From the NCBI GenBank assembly GCA_963851415.1, contig CAWKPF010000003.1:2184097-2248096 (forward strand): a stretch of DNA of 64,000 nt, given 5' to 3'. The first letter of the stretch is position 1; each line of letters opens with the position of its first letter. The DNA comes from an uncultured Acidobacteriota bacterium. GTDB lineage: Bacteria; Acidobacteriota; Thermoanaerobaculia; Multivoradales; Multivoraceae. A model generated the notes under the pieces. It saw only the letters and a list, made by a program, of their open reading frames with translations, searched no databases and was not told the origin of the DNA. Below are positions 51,709 through 62,290 of the stretch, in pieces. A program made the translations under genes and the position numbers.

Positions 51709-54197
51709 TCGTCTCGCAAGGCTCGCATCGGGTCGATCCTCGCGGCCCGGCGGGCGGGAAGCAGTCCGGCCAGGAGGGCGATCGCGGCCAGGACTGCGGT
51801 GGCGGACACGAACACGCTCGGATCGTGCCCTTCCATCTCGAAGAGGAGAGACCCGGCGATGCGCCCCAGGCCCAACGCCGCCAGAACCCCGAGCAACGCT
51901 CCCGGCACGGTCATCCATGCCACCTGCTGCAGGATCATCCTCGACACTCGCGCACCATCGGCCCCCAGAGCCATCCGCAGCCCGATCTCGCCCGTGCGCT
52001 GCGCTACCGCATAGGCGAGCACGCCATAGAGCCCGATCGCGGCCAGCACCGTGGCGAGAATGGCGAACGATGCGGAGAGGGTCGAAAGGATGCGATCGAC
52101 GAACACACTCTCGGCCACCTGCATCTCCATCGTGCGCAGATCCTCGATCGGTAGATTCGGATCCAGTTCGGCTACGGAGGTGCGAATCGTCGAGAGCATC
52201 TGCTTCGGGTCGCCCGAGGAGCGAAGATAGAAGTTGAGCATTCCCAGCTCTTCGTTCTGGCGGTACGGAAGATAGAAGAGCGGCGGCGTCTCTTGTTTGA
52301 CCTCACTATACTTCGTGTCGCGGGTGAGGCCGACGATCTCGATGTCCATCTCGTCACCGCCACCGATCCGCATCCACTTCCCCACCACCTGGTCACCCAT
52401 CTCGAACTTGCGCGCGAACTCTTCGTTGACGATCGCCACCTTGGGCGAGCCGATGACATCGTTCTCGGTGAACTCTCGCCCGGCCAGGACGGGAATCCCG
52501 AAGGCGCCGAAGAACCCCGGACCCACCTCGTTGAAGTTGGAGTGGTTATCGGAGTCCGCGGTGTGCTGGTATCCCTGAACCCGGACGTCGCTCCCCCAGT
52601 TGTCTCCTGCGATCAACGGCACGAGCGCCGCCGTCGTGTCCGTGACTCCAGGAAGCGTGGCCAGGGTCTCTTCCACTCTCAGAAACAGGTTCCGAGACTC
52701 CACCGCGGAGTAGCTGTTGAGCTCCGGTGAGAGACCGAAGGTCACCATCTGGTCGACCTCCAATCCCAGGTCGACCTGGCTGACGTTGAGCAGACTGCGG
52801 GTGAAGAGTCCCGCGGAGATGAGAAGCGTCATCGAAAGCGCGATCTGAAGGGTCGCCATGGCGCTGCGAAAACGGCTCGCTGCCTTGGAGCGCGTGGTGG
52901 CTCCGCCCTGGTTCTTGAGAGACACGACGAGCTCGCTACGGGTGCTGTTCAGCGCGGGGAAAAGGCCGACCAGCGAGGTGAGCAGGGTGAGCACCAGCAT
53001 GAAGAGCCAGGTCTTGGCCCCGAGATCGTAGGAGAAGAAGCTCCCTCCGTCATCGGGCAGCAGGGAGTCCATCAGCCTCAGCGTTCCGCGTGCCACGAGC
53101 AGCCCGAGGCCAGCTCCGATCAGTGCGAGCAAGAACGACTCGGCGAGCAGCTGACCGACGAGCTGGCCGCGTCGCGCACCGATCGACAGCCGGATCGCCA
53201 CCTCCCCGGATCTGTTGGTCGCTTTGGTCAGGAGGAGGTTGGCGATGTTCGCGCAGGCAATCAGTAGAACGAAGCCGGTCACGCTCATCAGAAGCAGCAG
53301 CGGCGTGCCGACCCCGTCTCGCATCTGGCTCTGGCCGAGAGCACCGGGCTCCATGGCGATCTCTTTCTCGCGGAATCGTTCCAGCCCCTTCTCGCTCAGC
53401 CCCTCTTGCAGAGGGACCTCCACCTCCTGGATGAGCGAGCGATAGGGCACGTTGATCGATGCCAGGGCTGCCTCCTGGCTCACCCCGTCCGAGAGACGCG
53501 CGAACAGATAGACCCAGTAGTTGCGGCGATTCTCGAAGTCATCCCATCCGGGATGAACCTGCCCGCGCATGCTGATCGGGACGAACACGTGAGAGCGAAC
53601 CCCGAGCGTGGTGCCATCGAACCCCGCCGGAGCAACGCCCAGGACTGTCATCGGATGACCGTTGACGATCAAGGACTGACCGATCACCGAAGGATCGGCG
53701 TCGAAGCGGGTCTTCCAATAGGCGTGGGAGAGGACCGCGAGGGAATGGGCGCCCGGCGTCTCGTCGTCCTCGCTCCTCAGCAGGCGGCCGAGCGCCGGCT
53801 GTAGCTCCAGCACACCGAAGTAGCTACCCGAAACCATCATCCCGATGCCGCTCAAGGTGTCTCCGGCAAAGGACAGATTGGCGCCGAAGATGCGATGAGC
53901 GGCGATGCCGGTGAACGACTGCTGGGCCTCCTCCAGGTCGCGAAACATCGGGTAGCTGAAAACGGAGTCCTGGGTACCCGCCGTGTTGTTCGACTGCGAG
54001 CCTGGCTTCGGGCCCGGAGCCTGCAGGTTGACCAATCGATCGGGCTCTGGCACCGGGAGAGGGCGCAGAAGCATCTGCTCGAAGATCGAGAAGATGGCGG
54101 CATTGGCTCCGATTCCCAGCGCCAGCGAGAGAACGGCCACGACCGTGACCAGGGGTGTCTTGAGCAATGAGCGCAGCGCGTGGCGGGGACTGATCAC
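51705..54197 (-). CDS. ADOP / MacB-FtsX duplicated ABC permease
   Basis: LSLALGIGANAAIFS, LLIACANIANLL, AAIGLYGVLAYAVAQRTGEIGLRMALGA and PARRAARIDPMRALRDE. Confidence 0.95.
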   Translation of the reverse strand: MISPRHALRSLLKTPLVTVVAVLSLALGIGANAAIFSIFEQMLLRPLPVPEPDRLVNLQAPGPKPGSQSNNTAGTQDSVFSYPMFRDLEEAQQSFTGIAAHRIFGANLSFAGDTLSGIGMMVSGSYFGVLELQPALGRLLRSEDDETPGAHSLAVLSHAYWKTRFDADPSVIGQSLIVNGHPMTVLGVAPAGFDGTTLGVRSHVFVPISMRGQVHPGWDDFENRRNYWVYLFARLSDGVSQEAALASINVPYRSLIQEVEVPLQEGLSEKGLERFREKEIAMEPGALGQSQMRDGVGTPLLLLMSVTGFVLLIACANIANLLLTKATNRSGEVAIRLSIGARRGQLVGQLLAESFLLALIGAGLGLLVARGTLRLMDSLLPDDGGSFFSYDLGAKTWLFMLVLTLLTSLVGLFPALNSTRSELVVSLKNQGGATTRSKAASRFRSAMATLQIALSMTLLISAGLFTRSLLNVSQVDLGLEVDQMVTFGLSPELNSYSAVESRNLFLRVEETLATLPGVTDTTAALVPLIAGDNWGSDVRVQGYQHTADSDNHSNFNEVGPGFFGAFGIPVLAGREFTENDVIGSPKVAIVNEEFARKFEMGDQVVGKWMRIGGGDEMDIEIVGLTRDTKYSEVKQETPPLFYLPYRQNEELGMLNFYLRSSGDPKQMLSTIRTSVAELDPNLPIEDLRTMEMQVAESVFVDRILSTLSASFAILATVLAAIGLYGVLAYAVAQRTGEIGLRMALGADGARVSRMILQQVAWMTVPGALLGVLAALGLGRIAGSLLFEMEGHDPSVFVSATAVLAAIALLAGLLPARRAARIDPMRALRDE

Positions 54198-54258
54198 GAT
54201 CTTTCCCAGTGTTCTTTCTCGAGGCAGTCGACGCTTGTTCGACCAGTGTGCTCACTAC

Positions 54259-54283
54259 TACGAGCCGCGCCAATCCAGGTTCC
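54259..54283 (-). promoter_or_regulatory. Candidate ECF sigma promoter for the ADOP-MFS operon
   Basis: Minus strand GGAAC-N16-CGTA, about 60 bp upstream of the start. Confidence 0.5.
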
Positions 54284-54310
54284 GCTACCGGCCCAGGACT
54301 GTCGTCCGGG

Positions 54311-55852
54311 TCATTGGGACCCCTCGAAGAGACGCCTCCAATCATGGGCTCTTCGATCGAAGCGCACCAGCGACTCCACGGGCGCGAGTCGATCGGTGAG
54401 CAGCGTGGCGTCACTGACGTCGCGTTCCTCCCAGAGGAACCCCTGGTTGATCTCCAGCAGGGTGGGGTCGAACGAGACCTCGCCGTCGAGACGCATCGCC
54501 TCGCCAAGAAGCTCCGCTGGGGTCTTCTCGACCTGGGTCGCGAGGAAGAGGTGGTTGTACCTGGGCACCTTCGCCACATAGACCCTCGAGAACACCGTGC
54601 CGAGCGCGCGCAGAATGGCGCGAGAGAGCGGGCTCTCTGCGCTTCCAGCGATGTTGACCGCCAGCACTCCGCCCTCGTTCAGACGCGACCGGCACTCCTG
54701 GAAGAACTCGACAGTGGCCAGGTGGAACGGCACCGAGGCTCCGATATAGGTGTCGGCGTAGATCACGTCCCATCGCCGCTGAGGGCTGTGCTGCAGGTAC
54801 CTCCGGGCGTCGTCGATATGCACCCGAGCTCGAGGCCCCGGCTCGAACAGCATGTGCCGACGGGCGATCTCGGCGACCGCTGGGTCGATTTCGACGTAGT
54901 CCACTTCCAGGTCCGGTAGCCTGCGCTGAAGATAGCTGCCCACGCTGCCTCCGCCCAGGCCGAGCACGAGCAGGCTGCGCATCTCTGGCTGGAGCAACAG
55001 CACCGCTGGAGCGTGCCGGGCGTAGCGTGTCCACGGATCGCCCGTCGCGAGCTCGACGGAAGCGTGCACCGTCCCATCGCTGGTCAGGACTCGGGCACCC
55101 TTCGATTCGATCACGCGCAGCGTCTGGTACGGAGTCATCCGCTGCACGACCAGCCGGGCGTCGTCGGGTAGCGAGATCGTCCCCGCCCCACGAAAGGGCC
55201 CGACTGCACAGAACAAGAGCACCGCTGCGGCAAGGCCGAGGCCCAGCCGTTCGCGGCGCCATGCAGACGCCAGGGCCACGATCGCAGCCAGCGTCGTCGA
55301 AGCAGTGAGCAATCGGAGGATCCGGTCGACCTCGAGGTTCGGTATCAACACGAACGTCGCACCGAGGGTGCCGGCCAGGCTCGCCAGCGTCGACAGTGCG
55401 TAGAGGTGGCCCGCCGTGCCTCCCACCAGATCGATCTCGCCAGCAGCCAGACGCACGGCATACGGAGAAACCGTCGCCAACAACACGGTCGCCGGGGCGA
55501 ACAAGAGCACCGCACTGAGAAGTGTTCCCCAGGCCGATCCGCCCGTAGCCCCCCCGAGTCGGGACACGAGGGCCTCACCGAAGGAAATCAGCGCCACCTG
55601 CGCCACCGCCGCCCCGAGGATCAAGCGCCCGAGCCCTTCGAGGTCCGGGCGGCGATCGGCCGCGCGCCCGCCCCAAAGGTAGCCCAGCGACATCGCGGCC
55701 AGGAACACGCTGATGATCGAGCCCCACACATAGACGCTACTTCCGAACTGCGGCGCCAGGAGGCGACTCGAAGTGATCTCGAGCGCCATCAGCACCGCTG
55801 CCGGAACGAGCACGACGAAGTAGAACCGGACGGGAACCGAGCGCATGGGCAT
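54311..55852 (-). CDS. Fused membrane domain / spermidine synthase-like SAM-fold protein
   Basis: EITSSRLLAPQFGSSVYVW, about 7 TMs, VLGLGGG, VEIDP, DARRY and LTD motifs. Confidence 0.9.
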   Translation of the reverse strand: MPMRSVPVRFYFVVLVPAAVLMALEITSSRLLAPQFGSSVYVWGSIISVFLAAMSLGYLWGGRAADRRPDLEGLGRLILGAAVAQVALISFGEALVSRLGGATGGSAWGTLLSAVLLFAPATVLLATVSPYAVRLAAGEIDLVGGTAGHLYALSTLASLAGTLGATFVLIPNLEVDRILRLLTASTTLAAIVALASAWRRERLGLGLAAAVLLFCAVGPFRGAGTISLPDDARLVVQRMTPYQTLRVIESKGARVLTSDGTVHASVELATGDPWTRYARHAPAVLLLQPEMRSLLVLGLGGGSVGSYLQRRLPDLEVDYVEIDPAVAEIARRHMLFEPGPRARVHIDDARRYLQHSPQRRWDVIYADTYIGASVPFHLATVEFFQECRSRLNEGGVLAVNIAGSAESPLSRAILRALGTVFSRVYVAKVPRYNHLFLATQVEKTPAELLGEAMRLDGEVSFDPTLLEINQGFLWEERDVSDATLLTDRLAPVESLVRFDRRAHDWRRLFEGSQ

Positions 55853-55959
55853 GCATCCTACTCCGCGGCACCGACACCCCTCGCAGCGACCGAGACCTCG
55901 CTGCTAGACTCCCCGCGTACCCAACGCAAATCAGTCGCTCTTCTGCTAGGAGGTGCTTG

Positions 55960-56394
55960 ATGTCGTCTCTCGCGGCCAACAAGGCCCTGGTTCGACGTTT
56001 CACCGAGGAGGTCGTCAACCAGCGCAAACCGGAGGCCATTCGCGAACTGGTTCATTCCGACTATGTCGAGCACGAGCCGCTTCCCGGTCAGATGCCCGGA
56101 CGCGAGGGGCTGCTCGACTGGTTCGTGACCTACCTGAACGGCTTCCCCGATCTCGAGTGGGAGCTGGCCGACCAGATCGCCGAAGGAGACCGGGTCGTCA
56201 GTCGGGTGCTCTCCAGGGGCACACACAAGGGGAGCTTTCTCGGCATCGCTCCCACCGGCCACAGAGTCCACGTCGCGATTCTTCTCGTCCATCGCCTCGA
56301 CGACGGTCAGATCGTCGAAGGACACACCTTCCCTGACAGCCTGGCAGCGCTTCGTCAACTCGGTCAGATCACCACCTCACAGCGTCTTGACTGA
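55960..56394 (+). CDS. SnoaL-like ester cyclase, paralogue 2
   Basis: ANKALVRRF, GFPD, GTHKGSFLGIAPTG and LRQLG. AGGAGG RBS. Confidence 0.9.
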   Translation: MSSLAANKALVRRFTEEVVNQRKPEAIRELVHSDYVEHEPLPGQMPGREGLLDWFVTYLNGFPDLEWELADQIAEGDRVVSRVLSRGTHKGSFLGIAPTGHRVHVAILLVHRLDDGQIVEGHTFPDSLAALRQLGQITTSQRLD

Positions 56395-56400
56395 GCAGGC

Positions 56401-58884
56401 TCAGTCCGAGCGCAGCGTCTCGGCGGGATCGAGCCGCGAGACCTTCCAGGCTGGCACCAGCGACGCCATCAAGCCCACAGCGAGGAGCAGTACGACCACG
56501 CCGATCAAGGTGATCGGATCCGCAGCCTCGACACCGAAGAACAGGCCGCGGAGCACACCTGCAGCAGAGATCGCGAGCGGAATCCCGAGCAGCAGCCCGA
56601 CTGCAACCAATCGAAGTCCATCCCCCGTCACCGTCCAGATCGCGCGTGAGTGACTTGCCCCCAGGGCGAGGCGCACGCCCAACTCTCGCCGGCGTGCGGT
56701 CACGACGTTGGCCAGCACGCCGTAGATGCCGATGGCCGACAGGGCGAGGGCGAGGCCTGCGAAGGCGGCGAGAAGGACCGCCTGCAGACGCTGCAGTCCG
56801 AGAGCCTCGGCATTGACTTCGTCCATGGTCTGGAAGCGAATCAGTGGTAGCAGCGGATCGACCGAGGCCCCAGCCTCCTGGAGCTGGGGCACCAGCGCGC
56901 CCGGTTCCAGAGGCGTGCGCACGATCCATGTCGGAGGGAACCAGACATGCACGCCCTGGAAGAAGTCATGGCTGATCTGGCTCGCAGGAACGTAGGCTGT
57001 GGGCATCGAGGCCAACGGGCCGAGACTACCGTCACCCCAGCCAGGGCGTTGTTGCACGTTGCCGACCACGCCGACGATCTCGCGTTGGCCCAACCCCGAG
57101 ACCTCCACCGTGGCACCGAGCGCCGGACGCTCGTCGAAGTAGCGGCGAACGAAGTCCTCGTTGACCACCAACACCGGCGCCGATTCGAAGCCGTCCCGTG
57201 CATCGAACGCTCGCCCCCGGAGCACGGGCACCCCGAGCACCTCGAGATAGCTCGGCGTCGTGTAGATCAGGGTGGTGAGCTGGTTCTCTCCCGCGGCCGG
57301 ACCGTCCACTCGCTGGAAGGGCATGTTGAGCCCGCGCTCGAAGGGCAGCGACAGTCCCACCGCAGCGCCCTCGACCCCGGGAATCGCCGACATACGCTCG
57401 GTCGTCCGGTCGAAAAAGAGCCGAATCGACTCCGCATCCTCGTAGCGCGCGTCCCGCATCGCGACCCGAGCCACGAGCAGGTTCTCCGGATCGAAGCCCG
57501 GGTCGAGACCGTGAAGATGCCTCAGACTGCGCAGCAAGAGGCCCGCGCCGACCAGCAACGCCACGCTGAGGGCGAGCTGCCCGACCACCGCCAGACGGCG
57601 AGGCCACCGTCGAGACCCTCCCGACTGGCCCCGACCACCCTCCGAGAGAGCTGACCGTACGTCGACCCGACTGGTCTGAAGTGCCGGCAAGACGCCGAAC
57701 AGGAGACACGTGATCAGAGCGAGAAGCGAAGTCGCAGCGAGGGCTCCGCCGTCGAGTGTCAGGGGCTGCCAGAGTCCGAGAGTGTCGCGTAGGACAGGGC
57801 GAAGCCTTGCGAGCAGAAACACGGACAGGAGAACTCCCAGGAGTCCTCCCACCAGAGCGAGACTGAGGCTCTCCGCCATCAACTGACGGACGACCGCCCC
57901 TCGCCCACCGCCCAGGGCCGCGCGCGTCGCCATCTCTCGGCGGCGCTCGTCCCCGCGCGCAATCAACATCGAGGCGAGATTGGTGCACCCGATCAGGAGA
58001 ACGAAAGCAACGGCCGCCCAGAGCACGAACAACGGCTGACGCAGCGCCTTTCGCTCACTGCGCTGGTAGGGCGCCACACCGAGCACCACCGTCGTCCCCT
58101 CTCGCTGGCGCTCTTTCAGGGCCTCCTCGCCGATCAGCGCCAGCTCGGCTCTGGCCTCAGGCCAGTCGTGGCCCTGGCGAAGTCGGGTGACGATCTGGTA
58201 GTTCGACCCCGAGCCTTCGCCGGTCGACGTGGCCCGCAGGGGCGTCCAGAGATCCGTGTGGGGGGTCGGCAGGATCGACTCCGAGACGACTCCGACCACG
58301 GTGTGCGGCGCTCCGCCCAGCGTCACGGTGGAGCCGACAATCGAGGGGTCCGAGGCGAAGGTACGCTCCCACAGCTCGTGCGAGAGCAGCACGACTGCAG
58401 CTCCACCCGTCACGTCTTCTTCGGCCGCGAACTCCCGACCGTGCAGCATCGAGATCCCGAGCACCCGGAAAAAGCCGGCGCTGACCCTCTGCTGCTCGAC
58501 GTAGTCGACCCGCGCACTGCGACCCTCTCCACCCCCGGAGGCGAGATAGGAGCCACTGCCGACAGTCGAGTACACCGCCGCATCGACCGTGCTGGCAGAG
58601 TCTCGAATGGCTTCCCAGGTCCGGCCGTCAACCCAGCTCTGCTCCCCCTCGCCCCGAGGAGATCGATAGCTCCAAACCACCTCACCCAGCCGGTCTGGCT
58701 CGGGATAGGGCAAGCTGCGAAAGAACACACCGTCGATGACGGTAAACACCGCGCTGTTGATACCGATGCACAGTCCCAACGTCAGCACTGCCGCTACGGC
58801 GAAGGCCGGGCGCTGCCGAAGGAGCCGAAATCCGTAGGCGAGATTGCGCCTCGATTCTTCGATCACTGAAATGAGGGTCTGCAT
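56401..58884 (-). CDS. ADOP / MacB-FtsX duplicated ABC permease
   Basis: LTLGLCIGINSAVF, LLIGCTNLAS, GIYGV...RRRELGVRLALGA and DPAETLRSD. Confidence 0.93.
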   Translation of the reverse strand: MQTLISVIEESRRNLAYGFRLLRQRPAFAVAAVLTLGLCIGINSAVFTVIDGVFFRSLPYPEPDRLGEVVWSYRSPRGEGEQSWVDGRTWEAIRDSASTVDAAVYSTVGSGSYLASGGGEGRSARVDYVEQQRVSAGFFRVLGISMLHGREFAAEEDVTGGAAVVLLSHELWERTFASDPSIVGSTVTLGGAPHTVVGVVSESILPTPHTDLWTPLRATSTGEGSGSNYQIVTRLRQGHDWPEARAELALIGEEALKERQREGTTVVLGVAPYQRSERKALRQPLFVLWAAVAFVLLIGCTNLASMLIARGDERRREMATRAALGGGRGAVVRQLMAESLSLALVGGLLGVLLSVFLLARLRPVLRDTLGLWQPLTLDGGALAATSLLALITCLLFGVLPALQTSRVDVRSALSEGGRGQSGGSRRWPRRLAVVGQLALSVALLVGAGLLLRSLRHLHGLDPGFDPENLLVARVAMRDARYEDAESIRLFFDRTTERMSAIPGVEGAAVGLSLPFERGLNMPFQRVDGPAAGENQLTTLIYTTPSYLEVLGVPVLRGRAFDARDGFESAPVLVVNEDFVRRYFDERPALGATVEVSGLGQREIVGVVGNVQQRPGWGDGSLGPLASMPTAYVPASQISHDFFQGVHVWFPPTWIVRTPLEPGALVPQLQEAGASVDPLLPLIRFQTMDEVNAEALGLQRLQAVLLAAFAGLALALSAIGIYGVLANVVTARRRELGVRLALGASHSRAIWTVTGDGLRLVAVGLLLGIPLAISAAGVLRGLFFGVEAADPITLIGVVVLLLAVGLMASLVPAWKVSRLDPAETLRSD

Positions 58885-58914
58885 GGTTACCTCTACGCTC
58901 GAAAGAGCGAACTG

Positions 58915-59433
58915 TTACAGGCCGACGATCGGAGTCTCCGCAGTGGGGATTCTCGAGTATCGCCGATATGAGCGAACCGCCCACCAGCCCACTGCGCCCA
59001 GATAGGCCCCGAACGAGATCCAGAATGGAGCTCCGAGCCTCGGTTCCGGGCCGAGATTGGTACGCAGCACGAGCTCGTTGAGGACCACCAACCACAGCAG
59101 CGTGAGGGCGCCGATCTCGAGCAGATCTGCCCGTATCCGAGCCAGAGTCGCATCACGCCGCCCCGGAGCCAGCCAGTACTCTCGATTCGGAAGATTGATC
59201 CACTCAGCGGGCAGCCGCGGCACCAGCCAGGCAAGGCCTTCGAACAAGAGCAGCATCAGGGCGGTGACGCTCAGCATGATGCCGACCAGCTCGTGTCTGG
59301 ACGACCATCCGTCGACCGCGCCGTCGGCTCCGAAGTGTGAAGCCACGCGGTCGGGCAAGCGCCGACTGTAGTACGCGGACTGCACCACCATCGCCAAGGC
59401 GGCGCCCCAGAGCAGCAGTCTGCGAGCGAACAT
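58915..59433 (-). CDS. DUF1648 (SdpI N-terminal-like) membrane protein
   Basis: LPDRVASHFGADGAVDGW and INLPNREYWL. AGGAG RBS. Confidence 0.88.
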   Translation of the reverse strand: MFARRLLLWGAALAMVVQSAYYSRRLPDRVASHFGADGAVDGWSSRHELVGIMLSVTALMLLLFEGLAWLVPRLPAEWINLPNREYWLAPGRRDATLARIRADLLEIGALTLLWLVVLNELVLRTNLGPEPRLGAPFWISFGAYLGAVGWWAVRSYRRYSRIPTAETPIVGL

Positions 59434-59446
59434 CGGCTCCTGTCCC

Positions 59447-61036
59447 TCAGGAGTTTCCCGACGCCTCGTCCTTCCAGATCTCGCGCACCAGCTCCATGAT
59501 CTCGTCCGAGCGCTCCCCGTCTCCCGCCGCATCGGCGGCTCGCGCCAGGCCCACCAGCGAGAGCGTCCGACGAGGAGCGCGGTCGAGCGAAGCCTCGAAC
59601 GCGACCTTGGCCGGCTCGGCCCTGCCGGCCAGGAGCAGCAGCTCACCGAGCAGCTCGTACGACGGTTTCACGACCGACGGAGGTCCGTACTCGAGCGGGC
59701 GCTCTGCTTCGAGGGCCGCCGCCTCGTCGGCCTTCTCGATCGCACTCTCGATGGCTCCCCCGTGTGCCAGCAACAGGGCCTCGACCTGCGCCTCCTGAAT
59801 CCGAGCGATCACCAGGTCAGACTCGTCGGCAGCGCCGTCGTAGGCGTTGACTCCGTCCTCCGGCGCGGAGACCACTGCCGCTTCGCTCAGGGCCCTCATC
59901 TCGTCGAGCGCACTCTCGCAGGCCTTTCGGTCACCGCGGCGCAAAGCCAGAATCGCATTGGCGAAGACATCCGTGACCCGGGCGCTGAACGCGGCCTCGG
60001 AGAGATCGAGCGACATCGGCACGTCGGAGCGAGCCGGTGCACCGACCACGTAGTGCGCCCGCATGGCTGCGAAATGCCACAGCTGGCCGGGTGTGGGATC
60101 GGCCCGCGCATCTCCCAGCATCGTCTGGAGCTTGGCCCGTGCCTCGTCGAAGCGGCCCTGCTGCAGCAGGGCGTACTCCAGCCACAACAACGAGTGCTTG
60201 TTGCGCCCGTGCAGCGACCTTCCCATGCGCTCGAGCCTCTCCTCCGACACCCGCACGGCATTCTCGTTCGCCACCACGACCTCTTCCCAGAGGCCGAGCG
60301 CGGTGTAGATGTGAGAGATCATGTGCTGTGCGTGCGACGCATCGGGAGCGATGGTCGCATAGACGCGTGCCGCCCGGAGTCCCAGAGGGGCATGGATCGG
60401 ATCGTCGTAGGAGTGAATCAGGTAGTGCGCCGCTCCGGGGTGCAGGGGATTCGCCGCGAACACCTCCTCCGCAACGGCCCCCGCCCGCATGTAGACCCGG
60501 AAGTCCCGCTCTGGAACCGAGCCGAGAATCGACAGGGCGTAGAACGCCTTGGCTTCCTGATCATCGGGGTAGGCACGCTGCAGCTTCTCCATCTCGGCCA
60601 TGTAGGCGCGGTCTCGATCCGCCTTCTCCCCGTCCCCGAAGAGCACGTCGACTGCCGCGAGGTAGCCCTTCTCCCGTGCGCTCTGCCCCTTGATCTGACG
60701 GGCCTCGGGGGTGGGAGCGAGTTTGGCCAGGGAGGACTGAGCCGCGGCCCGGTCCTGCTGGCCCCACAGCGGGTGGTTGTAGGTCATCGCTTCGCCCCAG
60801 TAGGCAAGGGCGAAGACGGGATCGACCTCCTGGGCCTCGCGAAACGCCGTGGCGGCATCTTCGTACTCGAACGAGTGCAGCAGGAGGACGCCGCGCACGA
60901 AGGCGTCCTGGGCCGCTTCGGAGCCAGAATTGGGGAAGTCGAGGCGCCCCAGGTGTCCCTGGGCAGCCAGAGGTGTCACGGCGAAGAGAAGCAGTCCTGC
61001 GGTTCCTGCGGTGATCCTGCCGACGGTCGTTCTCAT
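59447..61036 (-). CDS. Secreted TPR-like protein with His cluster (paralogue 2)
   Basis: Signal peptide. LHSFEYEDA, HPGAAHYLIHSYD, HAQHMISHIY and C-terminal TPRs. Confidence 0.87.
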   Translation of the reverse strand: MRTTVGRITAGTAGLLLFAVTPLAAQGHLGRLDFPNSGSEAAQDAFVRGVLLLHSFEYEDAATAFREAQEVDPVFALAYWGEAMTYNHPLWGQQDRAAAQSSLAKLAPTPEARQIKGQSAREKGYLAAVDVLFGDGEKADRDRAYMAEMEKLQRAYPDDQEAKAFYALSILGSVPERDFRVYMRAGAVAEEVFAANPLHPGAAHYLIHSYDDPIHAPLGLRAARVYATIAPDASHAQHMISHIYTALGLWEEVVVANENAVRVSEERLERMGRSLHGRNKHSLLWLEYALLQQGRFDEARAKLQTMLGDARADPTPGQLWHFAAMRAHYVVGAPARSDVPMSLDLSEAAFSARVTDVFANAILALRRGDRKACESALDEMRALSEAAVVSAPEDGVNAYDGAADESDLVIARIQEAQVEALLLAHGGAIESAIEKADEAAALEAERPLEYGPPSVVKPSYELLGELLLLAGRAEPAKVAFEASLDRAPRRTLSLVGLARAADAAGDGERSDEIMELVREIWKDEASGNS

Positions 61037-61083
61037 GGGGCACTCTCCTTCGAGGGGAATCTTCGCACAGCTTCGCCGGTGGC

Positions 61084-61338
61084 CTACCCCCGGCGATCCA
61101 GCAGCTCGACGCAGTCGCTGTCGACGAAGATGGTGGCCCGCCGCGACCGCAACTCGCGACGCGCAATCCGGCTGATATCGATCTCGACCTTCCCGGAAGT
61201 GTCGAGCCCCCAGACGTCGAACTCACGTCCGAGGCAGAGGTCGAGAAGGTCCTGCTCTTCGTCGCCGAGGTCCACGAAATCGGTGGGCAGGCGCCGCAGC
61301 CGCACGCGGTCTCCATTTCTGAGATCCCAGTTCGCCAT
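61084..61338 (-). CDS. Small hypothetical protein (possible SH3-like beta barrel)
   Basis: MANWDLRNGDRVRLRRLP...GREFDV...VEIDI...IFVDSDCVELL. Protein-like composition, co-oriented with the downstream operon. Confidence 0.65.
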   Translation of the reverse strand: MANWDLRNGDRVRLRRLPTDFVDLGDEEQDLLDLCLGREFDVWGLDTSGKVEIDISRIARRELRSRRATIFVDSDCVELLDRRG

Positions 61339-61694
61339 CGCGAGGGGCATTTCAGCACATTCGGAGCCCACCCGCCGAGGCAACGCCGCGAGTCCCCGTT
61401 GGACGCGGCTCCGCCGGCCCCGAGGAGCTCGCTTCGGTGCCGCATCGGCGTGGATTCCGATCGTCCCGGCGATCCCTGAGCAGAGGGGGGAAACCCACCG
61501 ATGCGCTCGAGCATGGCTCCAGAGGCAGAACCCCACCTAGAATTGCCCTCGGAGCGCGCTCATCGCCGTTCGGGGCGAAGGAGTGCCGAGCCCGGCTCGA
61601 GCGGCCTGCCCCAGCGCCGAGAGATCACGCTTTGACTCGGTCTCTCTCCGACTCGTTCCCGCACCCCGAAGCGCCCCTTCCAGAGGAGGACCTC

Positions 61695-62159
61695 ATGCCG
61701 ATTCCCTTCCATTGCCAGCTCTCGCGATTCCTTTCCCTGGCGGCCTCAGTCCTGATGCTCGGCGTACCCGCGACGCTTCACGCCCAGGAGCAGGCGATCT
61801 CGGCGCCAGTTCCCGCCCAGCCGAGCGCGTCCTCACCACCCACTGCGACGACGACCATCGACTGGGACGGTGACTCCGAGCTCCGGTGGATCGAGGGCGT
61901 TCCGATCTTTCTCTGGTGGGCCGGGGAAGATCAGCCGAGACTCCAGGTGTGCACGGACTCCGAAGTGCCTGGCGCGGAGCTCAGAGCCTGCCCCATGGAG
62001 GGCGCACCCGACACCGTCAAGAGTCTGCACGTGTCCTGCGAAGTCCTGGCCTGCGACGAACTACCCCTCCGGACCCGCGTGAGGCTCTTCGGCAAGGTCA
62101 TCGAGGGGATGTTCGTGGCGGGAAAGAAGGAGGCCCCTGCCGAAAGCAAGGAGCCGTAG
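61695..62159 (+). CDS. Secreted hypothetical protein
   Basis: GAGGAGG RBS, signal peptide ending LHA-QE, four Cys in the mature domain. Confidence 0.7.
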   Translation: MPIPFHCQLSRFLSLAASVLMLGVPATLHAQEQAISAPVPAQPSASSPPTATTTIDWDGDSELRWIEGVPIFLWWAGEDQPRLQVCTDSEVPGAELRACPMEGAPDTVKSLHVSCEVLACDELPLRTRVRLFGKVIEGMFVAGKKEAPAESKEP

Positions 62160-62290
62160 GGCGACGGTGTCCATTCGTTCCTCCCCGGGGCCTGGGTCGA
62201 CTTTGCCGAGGCCTCTTCGGACGGAGATCGAGATTGGCTAGGATCCCAGTCCGTTCCCCGCCATCCGGCTCGAACCCAAGGAGACCCGAC

